From the IMG/VR virus record IMGVR_UViG_3300027533_000001, positions 3,146-67,145 of that record: a DNA stretch of 64,000 bases; one strand, 5' to 3'. Source of the stretch: a virus. Lineage: Duplodnaviria; Caudoviricetes. Shown here piece after piece: positions 40,417 through 49,663 of this stretch (position 1 is its first letter; each line of letters opens with the position of its first letter). The position numbers were made by a program, and so were the translations under genes. Below the pieces are notes generated by a model. The model did no database searches. It was not told where the DNA came from and saw only the letters and a list, made by a program, of their open reading frames with translations.

Positions 40417-40852
40417 AGGTTTGGTAGTAGAAGTATTCCATCATGGCGTTGTACGCGATTGCCAACAGGTGGCTCTCCACGTTGCCAAAGTGATCATGCT
40501 CCTCGCCGGTAATGTACTGCCCGATGTGGCGCAGCATGTGATTGACAGGTGACTTCTCCCCGGCGAGACGGCTGTCGGCATACTGCTGCACCGACCCATA
40601 CTTCCCTTGGGCATAGCTGGCGATCTGGGCTAGGCCGTGGATGAAGTCCCAGTTCAACTGGTGGTAGATGTAGTCCACGGGTACCCGCTTCGCCTCCACT
40701 GGCTGGTGGTCTACTACATTGGTCTCTACCACGTCATACGATCCCTCGCACATGTCGTCCCCATCCATGTGGTCCCGGTACAGTAACTGTCCCTCCTTCT
40801 CGACACAGGCTACTATCGTCTTGCATACGTGGCACGCGGCCATCTTGGTCAT
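40334..40852 (-). CDS. dATP/dGTP diphosphohydrolase-like (DUF5664) protein with N-terminal Cys motif
   Basis: FIHGLAQIASYAQGKYG...NHMLRHI...GEEHD...HLLAIAYNAMM is the characteristic family pattern. Confidence 0.8.
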   Translation of the reverse strand: MTKMAACHVCKTIVACVEKEGQLLYRDHMDGDDMCEGSYDVVETNVVDHQPVEAKRVPVDYIYHQLNWDFIHGLAQIASYAQGKYGSVQQYADSRLAGEKSPVNHMLRHIGQYITGEEHDHFGNVESHLLAIAYNAMMEYFYYQTYGSEDYKLHVNRTDGPARRSSDDEGME

Positions 40853-41214
40853 TGCTTTAACTTCCCCCTTGCTTTTAACTTGGCACAGACATTCCTTACC
40901 AATTCCCTGGTGCAGCCTACCTTGTGCGCGATGTCGGTATGGGACAAGCGCATGGGGTTGTTCCTATGGAGCGGGTGGTTAGTGACTAACAACTGGGCCA
41001 CCTGATCGCTCTTGGACCCCGCGAGAAACCCAATACGTACCGGCCCCTGCGGTCGGCGTCTCACTCCCTTGCGTTTCAATGCCCTGTACACCACGCTGTA
41101 GCCGACCCCAAGCTGGCTAGCGATGGTGCCCACAGTGGGTTGGGTGATGTCGTCGTACATGGTGGCGACCAGGGAGTCGAACTGGTCAACCGTCAATTCC
41201 CTGGTGTCACTCAT
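40849..41214 (-). CDS. Tandem helix-turn-helix DNA-binding protein
   Basis: Two HTH-like motifs: VGTIASQLGVGYSVVYRAL and HTDIAHKVGCTRELVRNV. Confidence 0.75.
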   Translation of the reverse strand: MSDTRELTVDQFDSLVATMYDDITQPTVGTIASQLGVGYSVVYRALKRKGVRRRPQGPVRIGFLAGSKSDQVAQLLVTNHPLHRNNPMRLSHTDIAHKVGCTRELVRNVCAKLKARGKLKQ

Positions 41215-42262
41215 CGTCGAGTTCCCTGTCCCAGATGCGGCGATACAATTCGGGGAAGGTGATCTCCTTGTTGACAAACACACTCCACTCCCGCTCCCCA
41301 ATGAGGAGATCGACGTTGTCCTTGGACTGTTGCAGTATGAGGAGGAAGTCCCCCACTACACAGCTGTCCACTGACCTTGGGTTACGTTTGCGTACCCGCT
41401 TCCAGAACTCCGCACCGCTGGCGACGAAGCCGTCGAAGTGATCCTCCAGGATGAAGTTGGCCCGGTCCACCATGAGGTTGTCGTTGCAGAACATCGACAT
41501 CGCCTCGACACGTACCGTGCCACCTAGTCCACTCCAGCCGCCACGCTTGAGGAACTGGGTCTCCACTGACTTGGTCTGCGACTGCCCATCACGACCCCGG
41601 CCAGTGACATCCACGTATCTACTCTGGGCCTCGGCAGTGATGATGGTATGTTTACCAGCGAGGTCGGGGGCTTGCATGATGTCAGTGAGTATGCGATTCA
41701 TCTCACCGCGTTCGCGTTGCATCACCTTCTCGATCCGACCGTGTTCAGCGAATGACGCCGACTGGTGGATCTTATTCGCCCCGTCAATGAGTATGGTGCG
41801 TACCCTATCATCCACGCACAGGTCACCCATCGCCGCCTGCACCCGTTGCATATGTTCCCTATGTATAAGCTGGGTGGGGTCCTTCTCGCCCCTGGCCACC
41901 GCCTCCTCGGCCTCCTTGATCAGTTTGCCCAGCCGTATGGGATTGAACAGCGGCGCACGCAGGTCGTCCTTGGGTATGAAGATACGACGAGGCTTACCTT
42001 TCCATTCGCCTCTCCCCTTCACTGCGGCCATCACGGTGTCGTGCCCATTGGGGTCAACGAGGATAGCGCCGATGGCTTCCTCCGCTGTGAGTGCTATGCG
42101 TGTCTTGCCACTGCCGGTGAGTCCAGCAATGGCTAGTTTCAGTCTCGGCTTCTCATCCGGCACATCCTCCTGGTCATCCCAGAAACCGGCTAGCCTCGTA
42201 TCGCCTGCTGCTGACGATGCTTGTGAAAAGCCTTGCGTAGTGTTGCGCGTTCTTGTAGCCAT
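41207..42262 (-). CDS. AAA ATPase (Sak4/AAA_24-like recombination protein)
   Basis: Walker A GLTGSGKT and Walker B ILIDG; adjacent to nuclease and SSB-like genes. Confidence 0.75.
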   Translation of the reverse strand: MATRTRNTTQGFSQASSAAGDTRLAGFWDDQEDVPDEKPRLKLAIAGLTGSGKTRIALTAEEAIGAILVDPNGHDTVMAAVKGRGEWKGKPRRIFIPKDDLRAPLFNPIRLGKLIKEAEEAVARGEKDPTQLIHREHMQRVQAAMGDLCVDDRVRTILIDGANKIHQSASFAEHGRIEKVMQRERGEMNRILTDIMQAPDLAGKHTIITAEAQSRYVDVTGRGRDGQSQTKSVETQFLKRGGWSGLGGTVRVEAMSMFCNDNLMVDRANFILEDHFDGFVASGAEFWKRVRKRNPRSVDSCVVGDFLLILQQSKDNVDLLIGEREWSVFVNKEITFPELYRRIWDRELDDE

Positions 42263-42924
42263 CCGTTGATTAACTCCTCTTGCATATCGAAGTCTGCGCG
42301 GGTGAACTCGATCCAGTGGCGTTTCAATACTGGCACACCCACGACGTTTTTCTCATAATGCCCATTGACGTAGACCACGGTGAGCCGTCCCCGGAACACC
42401 CCCATCGCCATGCAGTATGACTTCAACTGGGTCACCGCTAACCACCAGTCGGCAATAGATTTGTTAGCCGATCGCCACGTGCACTTACACTCGTCGAGGC
42501 ACGGCACCATCTTGCCCTTGAGGTGGACCATGTCACCGTTGGCGTCGGGCCATGCGGTTAACTTGGTCGCCCAGTCGGGGCTGAAGTACACTGTCTCGCC
42601 GCAGTCGAACTCATACGATTGCTCGGGTACGGCATGACCATCTGGTGCGGTGGCCGGGAGTATCATTGCCTCCCATGCGAGGCCCATGAGGGGCCAGAGG
42701 GGCGCGGCCCAGGTACAGGTCTCGCCCACGTTGGCCCCCTCAGAGCCACTGGTTGTCGACCATCCACTTGTGGGGCGTTCCCACGGATCGAGTAACCCGG
42801 CTTGTTCACCAATGGCCTGGAGGACAGCCTTCATGTGCCACCCCCCAGAGCGTATGGCGTATGGCGTATACGAGTAAGGGACAGGGTTAACTGTCGGTAT
42901 GGTTTCTACTAGTACTACTTTCAT
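42190..42924 (-). CDS. PD-(D/E)XK exonuclease (Cas4/lambda-exo-like)
   Basis: FSPDW, LDECKCTW and QLKSYC motifs; start reassigned to ATG 42924 with GGAGG. Confidence 0.75.
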   Translation of the reverse strand: MKVVLVETIPTVNPVPYSYTPYAIRSGGWHMKAVLQAIGEQAGLLDPWERPTSGWSTTSGSEGANVGETCTWAAPLWPLMGLAWEAMILPATAPDGHAVPEQSYEFDCGETVYFSPDWATKLTAWPDANGDMVHLKGKMVPCLDECKCTWRSANKSIADWWLAVTQLKSYCMAMGVFRGRLTVVYVNGHYEKNVVGVPVLKRHWIEFTRADFDMQEELINGWLQERATLRKAFHKHRQQQAIRG

Positions 42925-43061
42925 CCTGCCTCCATCCCTTGGTATAGGCCGGGTGTTGGGGTGTCCTGGACTGCGGCTTGCGCTCCAGACCTTCGTGCCA
43001 CGGTATCTCGCCCGGCTTGTCTCCCGTGACACCCTCGTGGTTAGTGACTAACTGCTATGCA

Positions 43062-44030
43062 CTACTCGGGCATCTGCTTGGTGATCCACTTCACATTGGC
43101 CAGCAGATCCATGACGTCGTCGCTGAGGTCCGGGTTGGCCTCGAGTTGATCGTCCATCGTCGCATTACGCTTAGAGGACTTGGCCAGTTTCGCCGCATCG
43201 TACTCGGTGCCCTTCGCATTGAGACTCTCGATGGTCTCCTCCACGATGCGGGTGGCGATGGCCTCGGCAGTGAGGGCGACCTTGCCAGCCTTCTTGGTGG
43301 TTGCCTTGGCTGGGGCGGGTGCCTCCTCCTCGACTTCGACCGGCGCTGCCTTCTTGGCGGGGGCCTTCTTAGCCGGTGCCACCTCCTCGGGTTCCTCCTC
43401 CTGCTCTGCGGCTTGCTTGGTTGCGGGTTGCCCATTCACTGACGCGCCGCCGGGACCGGCGAGGATCTTGGACGGCACCGAGAGGAGCTTGGGCTTCTTG
43501 TTCTTGTCCAGCTTGCCCGTGTCCACCTGGGTAAAGGTACACACTATGCCGGACAGTTCATCCAGGTAGTCGACGTTGAAGTCCACGCCCATCTGGATAG
43601 CCGACATTAACAGCGCCGCCTCGCCCCCCTTGAGAAACCCCGTATCCTCTCCCTTCTGGGTGGCCAGGGTGCGGTAGCCAACGAGGGCCTTCTCGCTGGG
43701 CTGCGCCTTTAGTGCCAGCTTGTCGAGATCCCCATCCACGACGTTAGCCGGTACAAAGTGGGTGAGGTCCCAACCGGCGCGGTAGTACTGGGTCATGGAG
43801 TCGGCCCCAGTGATTGGCTTGTGCGTCTTGGGGTTCACTGGGGTGGCGGTGACGTAGATGAACGGCGCGTCGGCGGGTTGCGCCGGGTTGCCGTCGAAGT
43901 CCTTGTCACCGGGGCGCGGCTCGTAGTGACGGAGTGCGCCACCGATTTGCAGTTTGTACACGGTGTCGTCGGCGGTGATTTGGAAACCGCCACCAAGTAC
44001 CTGATCTTCTACACGTGCTTTCAATGCCAT
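43062..44030 (-). CDS. Putative ssDNA-binding protein
   Basis: Beta-rich N-terminal domain, Ala/Lys/Pro/Glu linker and small helical C-terminus; typical position before exonuclease and Sak4; strong promoter upstream. Confidence 0.5.
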   Translation of the reverse strand: MALKARVEDQVLGGGFQITADDTVYKLQIGGALRHYEPRPGDKDFDGNPAQPADAPFIYVTATPVNPKTHKPITGADSMTQYYRAGWDLTHFVPANVVDGDLDKLALKAQPSEKALVGYRTLATQKGEDTGFLKGGEAALLMSAIQMGVDFNVDYLDELSGIVCTFTQVDTGKLDKNKKPKLLSVPSKILAGPGGASVNGQPATKQAAEQEEEPEEVAPAKKAPAKKAAPVEVEEEAPAPAKATTKKAGKVALTAEAIATRIVEETIESLNAKGTEYDAAKLAKSSKRNATMDDQLEANPDLSDDVMDLLANVKWITKQMPE

Positions 44031-44131
44031 TTGAGTTACTCTCCTTGAGTATTAGTTGATTGCCTATTGCCACACACCGGGGACAGAACCCCTGCGTTTT
44101 CATAGAGATGCGATGCACTGCGACCTCTACT

Positions 44132-44160
44132 ATGATACTAAGAAATGGTGCTGTTGTCAA
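44132..44160 (-). promoter_or_regulatory. Sigma70-like promoter
   Basis: TTGACA-17-TATCAT on the minus strand. Confidence 0.75.
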
Positions 44161-44168
44161 GTGAGATT

Positions 44169-44474
44169 TTACTTTACGTGGTTAGTCACTAACGTGTGAC
44201 ATTTTGGGCAACGCTCGTCCACTAGTACCAGTACGTGGCAGTGCCGTATGACTATCGGTGGTATTGTCGTTGCCACTATCTGCCCGATGCACGACACCCC
44301 CTCGGCGACGTGTTCGGGGTTGGTGTGGTATTCATTACACTTCGCATCCAACCACCTCTCGGCGTCCTCCCGGTGACTAAACGGTGACGACTTGCCAATG
44401 CCCATGGGTTTCTCGTCACCACGTACTGCGGCCTGTTTCGATATCGCTCTCCAGTAGGCGATGTAGCTAGGCAT
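44169..44474 (-). CDS. Hypothetical protein
   Basis: 101 aa, coupled to the helicase stop; C-terminal CPKC. Confidence 0.6.
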   Translation of the reverse strand: MPSYIAYWRAISKQAAVRGDEKPMGIGKSSPFSHREDAERWLDAKCNEYHTNPEHVAEGVSCIGQIVATTIPPIVIRHCHVLVLVDERCPKCHTLVTNHVK

Positions 44475-46074
44475 TGGGGACCTCCATCAACTTGGGCAAC
44501 CAGTCCACCGCCTTGATACCCCGGTGCTCAAACAGGGGGAACCAGTCCACCATGAGGTCACGGTTCCTATTGACAAACGGCTGGATCAGGTCGTCGAGTA
44601 CGAACACCTCGCACCAGTCGGCGGGACCGCGCATGCACCGGCTCACCATCTGGGCAAGTTCCTGGGCAACGAGGCCATCACTGTACCGGCCATCACGCTC
44701 CTGCCGTGCCTTCGTCAGTGGGTCTCCGTGGTATGTGTATGGAACTTTAGGAACAACAACCCACCGACCAGTATCCCCTGGGAAGTCATAACCTGTGCCG
44801 ATAGCGGGACTACACAGAACTGCCCCACGACATAGATTGGCGGGTGACTTGAACTTGTCCACCTCCATTCGGGTAGTAGCAGTTGTAGGGACGACAATGC
44901 GCTGGCCATGTTGGGACTCCTTCTTGATCCAGTTGGCTAGCTCATAGGATGGCGTGATGATGATACCATTGCGGTTACCATCGACAGCGCGAGTACGTAT
45001 GATCTGGTCAATGGTATTCAACAGCTTGGCCTTGGCGTGGCTGGGCATGGACTGTTTCACTTGGCACGTCTTCAGCCATACGGCAGGCCACCTACGGGGA
45101 TCGAACTGCCCACCAGTACGACGCCAGTACACCTTGTCGGCAGCAATGCCCAGCTGCGATAGGCTCTTGGCGGTAATGGTCGCACTGGTGAGCAGCACTT
45201 TGCCACCTGGGTACAGGGCACTCTTCGCATATAACCCTGGCCAGATGACGTCTAGGTACAGGGTATCATCACCGTCCCTATGGTAGGTCAACCAATTATC
45301 TGTCCCGCTGCACTTGGCTATGCGTGCCACCTTGTCCCGCAGGTCATGGGTCTCGGCATCGGCGCTGTCCTCATCCCCCTCCATGTACTCACTGGCGTAC
45401 CACGACATCCACCGGCTGGCCATCTCCCGCCAGGATGTCAATGCCTTGGGGGTGGGTGAGTCAATGTCGTTGAGTATGCGTGCCTGCTCACGGGCGTCCA
45501 GTTCTACAGACATGGCTCTCGTTATCTCATCAGGTACAAGGTGCGCCTCGTCCAGTATGTTGAGGTCGAAGTTGCCCACGCCTACCGCATTGGGGTAGAG
45601 GGACATTGACAACCGACATGCATAATTAGTAACTACCGTGTGGTGGTTGGCACAGATACGCTTGCGGTTGGTATAGGTACAGGTGTCCTCGATGGTACAC
45701 CCATGATCCGGGCCAGTCTTGCAGGTGAGGAACTTGGTGCGCGACCCCTGGTACTGGCATGGGTAGTTGGCCCTGCCCTTGAGATCCTGGCTGAACTGGG
45801 CGTCGCGACCTATTTGATCCTGCAGGCCACGACTCTGGGTCATGATCACGGTGCGGTTGACACTACCGGAGCGGCGTAGTAGTTGGGATACCCCAAGGTA
45901 TACGCCGCTCTTGCCAAACCCTGCTTGGTCAGGTAGTACCACGTAGTCGTAGCCCCCACCCCCATCCTCCACAGGGGTGAGGGCGTCGATGAGTTCTACT
46001 ATAGCTCCTGGTTGCGCGTCGCGCCAGCTGGTGAACTGGGGCAGGTCTAGTTTGGTTGGGGTAAGTAGTGGCAT
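44467..46074 (-). CDS. DinG/XPD-family SF2 helicase
   Basis: AGFGKS, ILDEAH, LTSAT, GTGYDFP, KVPY and QMVSRCMRG; Fe-S-type Cys cluster after GRANYPC. Confidence 0.85.
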   Translation of the reverse strand: MPLLTPTKLDLPQFTSWRDAQPGAIVELIDALTPVEDGGGGYDYVVLPDQAGFGKSGVYLGVSQLLRRSGSVNRTVIMTQSRGLQDQIGRDAQFSQDLKGRANYPCQYQGSRTKFLTCKTGPDHGCTIEDTCTYTNRKRICANHHTVVTNYACRLSMSLYPNAVGVGNFDLNILDEAHLVPDEITRAMSVELDAREQARILNDIDSPTPKALTSWREMASRWMSWYASEYMEGDEDSADAETHDLRDKVARIAKCSGTDNWLTYHRDGDDTLYLDVIWPGLYAKSALYPGGKVLLTSATITAKSLSQLGIAADKVYWRRTGGQFDPRRWPAVWLKTCQVKQSMPSHAKAKLLNTIDQIIRTRAVDGNRNGIIITPSYELANWIKKESQHGQRIVVPTTATTRMEVDKFKSPANLCRGAVLCSPAIGTGYDFPGDTGRWVVVPKVPYTYHGDPLTKARQERDGRYSDGLVAQELAQMVSRCMRGPADWCEVFVLDDLIQPFVNRNRDLMVDWFPLFEHRGIKAVDWLPKLMEVPNA

Positions 46075-46076
46075 GG

Positions 46077-46634
46077 TTAGTCACTAACTCCAATGTCGTT
46101 GTCGGCACGCAGGGCGGCGTCCAGCATGCGGCAGGCATCCACGCCCAGCAGTAGACGTATCGCTGAGTAGTGGATGTTGTTGCGGATGTGACGAGCGAGG
46201 CGCACGTCGGCGTACGTCAACACGGGTCCAGTACGTTCCAACCTCTCGGCCTCGTATGGGTGGGACAGGCCGGGGTCGCCACTCCCCGTGGACACAGTAC
46301 CGGTGGTGCGGCGGTTCTGCTGTTCCAACCTGTGGTCGAGGGTGGCGTTGGCCTCACGCGCCTGGGCCAGTGCCTCGTCCAGTAGCGTGATGTGCTTGAG
46401 CTTGGCCGCGACGGTGGCGTCCAGCCCAGCGATAGTGCCATCCTTCTCGGCCAACAGGTTCTGGTATGCCTGCCTCGTGATCGCCTGTTGATCCTCCAGT
46501 TCCCGTACTGCCTTGGTGAGATCCTGCACCTCGTTGCCAAGGTTCTGGTTCTCCTCCAGCAGGTTGGCATAGCCGTCCTCCAGTGAGGCGACCTGCATTG
46601 ATAGTGTGTCGGCTGTCGTGGTTGTTGCGTTCAT
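46077..46634 (-). CDS. Coiled-coil hypothetical protein
   Basis: Heptad-rich helix; RBS GGAGAATGAACCAATC; stop inside the palindrome. Confidence 0.65.
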   Translation of the reverse strand: MNATTTTADTLSMQVASLEDGYANLLEENQNLGNEVQDLTKAVRELEDQQAITRQAYQNLLAEKDGTIAGLDATVAAKLKHITLLDEALAQAREANATLDHRLEQQNRRTTGTVSTGSGDPGLSHPYEAERLERTGPVLTYADVRLARHIRNNIHYSAIRLLLGVDACRMLDAALRADNDIGVSD

Positions 46635-46654
46635 GATTGGTTCATTCTCCTTGT

Positions 46655-47944
46655 CTATAGTAGTCTCAGCTGTCGGCACAACTCGGTGTCATCGGTGGAC
46701 AGCGCCCACTCGATACGCTTGCCGCGCTTGCCATGCACGCCGTTGACCTGCTTGATAATGCCCAGGTGTTCGATGTCCTCCATGTTGCGCCTAATAGTCT
46801 GGGTGCTGGTCATGCGATACCCATCCACCTCTGCCCTGGCCAGTACCCCGGCGTCGATGTCCTCGTTGGTGAAGCGGTTCCGGTGGTAGGGTTCACCCTT
46901 GCCACGCATCGCCGACAGTACGCACTGCAGGATGTTGCTACGGATGGATGGCATAGACCCCCAGAGCATGGAGGACAACGCCTTATGCGCATCCGCGTCC
47001 TCTACGCCTGCAACCTGCATGCCCAGGAACAGGGACTTGAACTCCCCCGCGAGACGAGTGGGACCTTCGGGGGGCGGGATGAACTCGATGATGTCGGACT
47101 TGAACTTGTCCCGCTTCACTACACTGCGTGCCTTGGATATGAACTGCGCGGCGAAGGTGGTCCACTGCGACTCGTAGACCTCTAGCTCAAACGGGATGTC
47201 CCCCTTGGCTATGACATCGAGGGTACGGTTGAGGTGTTCACCAACAGCACTGGCGATGGCCATGTCCATGTCCCGCTTGGACTTAACCGCCAGCATCTTG
47301 AGACATTCACTATGGCCACGGGTGGGGGCGAACCGCCACATGATGAACCGCTGGCCCATCTCGCCAATGACAGCATGGTGAGATTCAATGGCACCCGTGG
47401 ATTTAGTGATGCATCCCACCTTGCCATGCCATGTCATGACCTTGGCACCATCGGTACCCACGGCGCGAACAAACTTCCCATCGTAGATCATGCGGAGGCA
47501 GGCGATGACCTCGGCTTGTTGTTCGTTGCGGAGGTTGAGGATGTTAGTGAAGTCAGACATGACCAGTACGCCGGTCCCACCCTCGGCGCGTATCTGTGGG
47601 AGGATACCACCTGTCGCATCCTTGGCCTTGTCCTTCTTGGGCGAGGCAGAGATGAAGGCGGCGGCACCCTTGACACTATCTATTGCATAGGTGTTGCGCA
47701 CCGGCTGGACCAGCACCTCGTCGTCGGTCATGCTGGTATAGCCGAGCAGGGATGTGACCAGTGTGGAGCCACCGGCACTGGGTCCACCAATGAGCATGGT
47801 CCACACCGGGGGTCCGGGGAGGTGGTTGCCTGCGACTGTGCCGAGTACCACGTACAGTACCTGGGGGTCGGGGAGGTGGAGGTACTGGCGTAGTACACGG
47901 GTGATATGAGACAGGGATTCGTGGGGGCGAAAGCGTAATGCCAT
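46655..47944 (-). CDS. AAA+ (MCM-like) replication protein with degenerate Walker A and C-terminal winged helix
   Basis: GGPSAGGST at the P-loop position, VLVMSDF, IYDG, MGQRF (Arg-finger-like); RBS AGGAGAACCAATC. Confidence 0.55.
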   Translation of the reverse strand: MALRFRPHESLSHITRVLRQYLHLPDPQVLYVVLGTVAGNHLPGPPVWTMLIGGPSAGGSTLVTSLLGYTSMTDDEVLVQPVRNTYAIDSVKGAAAFISASPKKDKAKDATGGILPQIRAEGGTGVLVMSDFTNILNLRNEQQAEVIACLRMIYDGKFVRAVGTDGAKVMTWHGKVGCITKSTGAIESHHAVIGEMGQRFIMWRFAPTRGHSECLKMLAVKSKRDMDMAIASAVGEHLNRTLDVIAKGDIPFELEVYESQWTTFAAQFISKARSVVKRDKFKSDIIEFIPPPEGPTRLAGEFKSLFLGMQVAGVEDADAHKALSSMLWGSMPSIRSNILQCVLSAMRGKGEPYHRNRFTNEDIDAGVLARAEVDGYRMTSTQTIRRNMEDIEHLGIIKQVNGVHGKRGKRIEWALSTDDTELCRQLRLL

Positions 47945-48071
47945 TGATTGGTTCTCCTGAGTTAGTAACTAACAACCGGGGCAGGGTACCGCACTGTCCG
48001 TCTGTGCCATACCCCACCCCGGTGCCACCCCACCCCGCTGTCTAGGCCAGGGTGGGTGAGCCGGTGCTACA

Positions 48072-49304
48072 CTACTCCTCCGTCGCGGGGAGGCAGTGCT
48101 TCTCGAACTGCTTGATCAACTCCGGTCCAAGGATCTTGCCGTCCATGAACTTGAAGATGGCCGCGCCCAGCTTGGCGATGTGGTGGTTGGTGTCGTTGAT
48201 GAGATCCTCGCAGACATCATCCAAGTGTTTCAGCCGCAGGGTCATGGCCTTGGCATCAGCCGAGATACCCGCACCCTTGCCACTCGCCTCGGCGACAGCG
48301 GCACTGGCCTTGCTGGTAAGTTTACCCTCCGCTGCCAGCTTAGCCGCCGCCGCCTTGAGATCACCCTTGGATACGGCGATGGTATCCTCCTCTACTTCCT
48401 CGCCGCCACCATTGGCACTGCCGTTGGCCTTCGCTGCCTTGCGCTTGGCCAGCTTACGCTTACGCTCCAGGTTATCGAGGCGTATCTGGTCCGGGGTACG
48501 GGTATCGGGTGCGTTGGGGTCGCGCTTGTTGTCGACCTTGGCCTTCTTGGCATTGGCATCGAAGGCTTCCTCGAATACCAACGTCGCCTGCTCCTCGGTG
48601 AGGAACCCGTTGGCTACCAGCCCACCCATGTCACGGGCGGCGTCGGCACCGACGACTTTGTTGTGCACCTTCTTGAGTATCTCCTTGTCGAGCAGGCCCA
48701 TGCGGAGGGTGCGATAGATAGTTGCTTTGCTCGTCTCAGTGTAACGGGCGAGCTTCTCGACGTCCTTGCCGCACGCGCCGATGCCCTTGTCTCCCGCTTT
48801 GGGGATCTTCACATCCCAGTCGAGGTCATCGGCCAGGGCGAGGAAGGCGTTGAGCATCTCCGGTACAGTGAGGCTGCGGTTCGCGAGGTTGGCGAGGATC
48901 GCACCCTGTACCGTGGTGATACGGTCCTTGCCCTTGCCTGGATTCCATAACACCACCGGCACCGTCTTGAATCCCAAGGACTTAGCGCAGCGGAAGCGGC
49001 GACGGCCATCGACGATTGCGTACCTGCCCTCGGCGAAGGCATCGCCATCCTCCTCGGTGGTGGGGCGAATCGAGAGGGGTTGGAGTACCTGCCCTGCCTG
49101 CTCGATGGCGTGGCGCAGCATCTCCAGCTTGTTGTCACCATCCATGCGCCCTGGATTATCTACCAGGACGAGATCCTTTACCGGTATCTGTTGCGCCGCC
49201 TGGAGTACGACGGGGGTGGCAGTGACATCCACTCGGGTACCCTTCGCCACCACTGCGGCGGGGGTCGACTTGGTCTTGGTTACTACTGACGTTTCGGTTG
49301 CCAT
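48072..49304 (-). CDS. parB: ParB/Spo0J/KorB-family protein (ParB N-terminal domain plus HTH)
   Basis: LVDNPGR, VLQPLSIR, YAIVDGRRRFRCAK..G...VPV (GxxR CTP-binding box), ANLANRSLTVPE, and HTH VEKLARYTETSKATIYRTLR. Confidence 0.88.
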   Translation of the reverse strand: MATETSVVTKTKSTPAAVVAKGTRVDVTATPVVLQAAQQIPVKDLVLVDNPGRMDGDNKLEMLRHAIEQAGQVLQPLSIRPTTEEDGDAFAEGRYAIVDGRRRFRCAKSLGFKTVPVVLWNPGKGKDRITTVQGAILANLANRSLTVPEMLNAFLALADDLDWDVKIPKAGDKGIGACGKDVEKLARYTETSKATIYRTLRMGLLDKEILKKVHNKVVGADAARDMGGLVANGFLTEEQATLVFEEAFDANAKKAKVDNKRDPNAPDTRTPDQIRLDNLERKRKLAKRKAAKANGSANGGGEEVEEDTIAVSKGDLKAAAAKLAAEGKLTSKASAAVAEASGKGAGISADAKAMTLRLKHLDDVCEDLINDTNHHIAKLGAAIFKFMDGKILGPELIKQFEKHCLPATEE

Positions 49305-49337
49305 AACGATTATCTATTCTCCTTGATTGGTTAGTTA

Positions 49338-49562
49338 CTAACTGCGGCGGCGTCGCCTCTTGCTACGTCCCGCCCGTTTCCTCAGCTGAGTCATCGCTGC
49401 CTTGTCTATGACAGTGAGTAGTTCATCCATGGACAGGCCCATGGCTGCGGAGAGTTTACCTAGTACTGTTACGCTAGGTCTACTGCCCTCGTTCAATATG
49501 CGGTAGAGGTGGCGTGTTGAGATGCCCACCTCAGCGGCGAGGGTTTCATATTGGTGCGCCAC
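49338..49562 (-). CDS. XRE-family HTH regulator (Cro/CI-like)
   Basis: LAAEVGISTRHLYRILNEGSRPSVTVLGKLSAAMGLSMDEL is a canonical HTH_XRE. Confidence 0.85.
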   Translation of the reverse strand: MAHQYETLAAEVGISTRHLYRILNEGSRPSVTVLGKLSAAMGLSMDELLTVIDKAAMTQLRKRAGRSKRRRRRS

Positions 49563-49568
49563 TACATG

Positions 49569-49597
49569 ATGGTACTACGATTGACGTGGCGTGTCAA
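49569..49597 (-). promoter_or_regulatory. Sigma70-like promoter of the XRE gene with a palindrome over the -35 box
   Basis: TTGACA-17-TACCAT; TTGACACGCCACGTCAA overlaps the -35; the GTG start follows 6 nt after the -10. Confidence 0.75.
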
Positions 49598-49663
49598 CCA
49601 CTGAATGAAAAATAAAATCTCCCTTCTATATACGGGCGCGTGCGCGAGGCGGCGAGTTGGTGA

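Noticed and set aside
33549-40852. 2-aminoadenine (Z-genome) system
   Set aside because: PolA and a DUF5664-like gene are present, but I found no PurZ (adenylosuccinate synthetase-like) or DatZ-like HD gene in the window.
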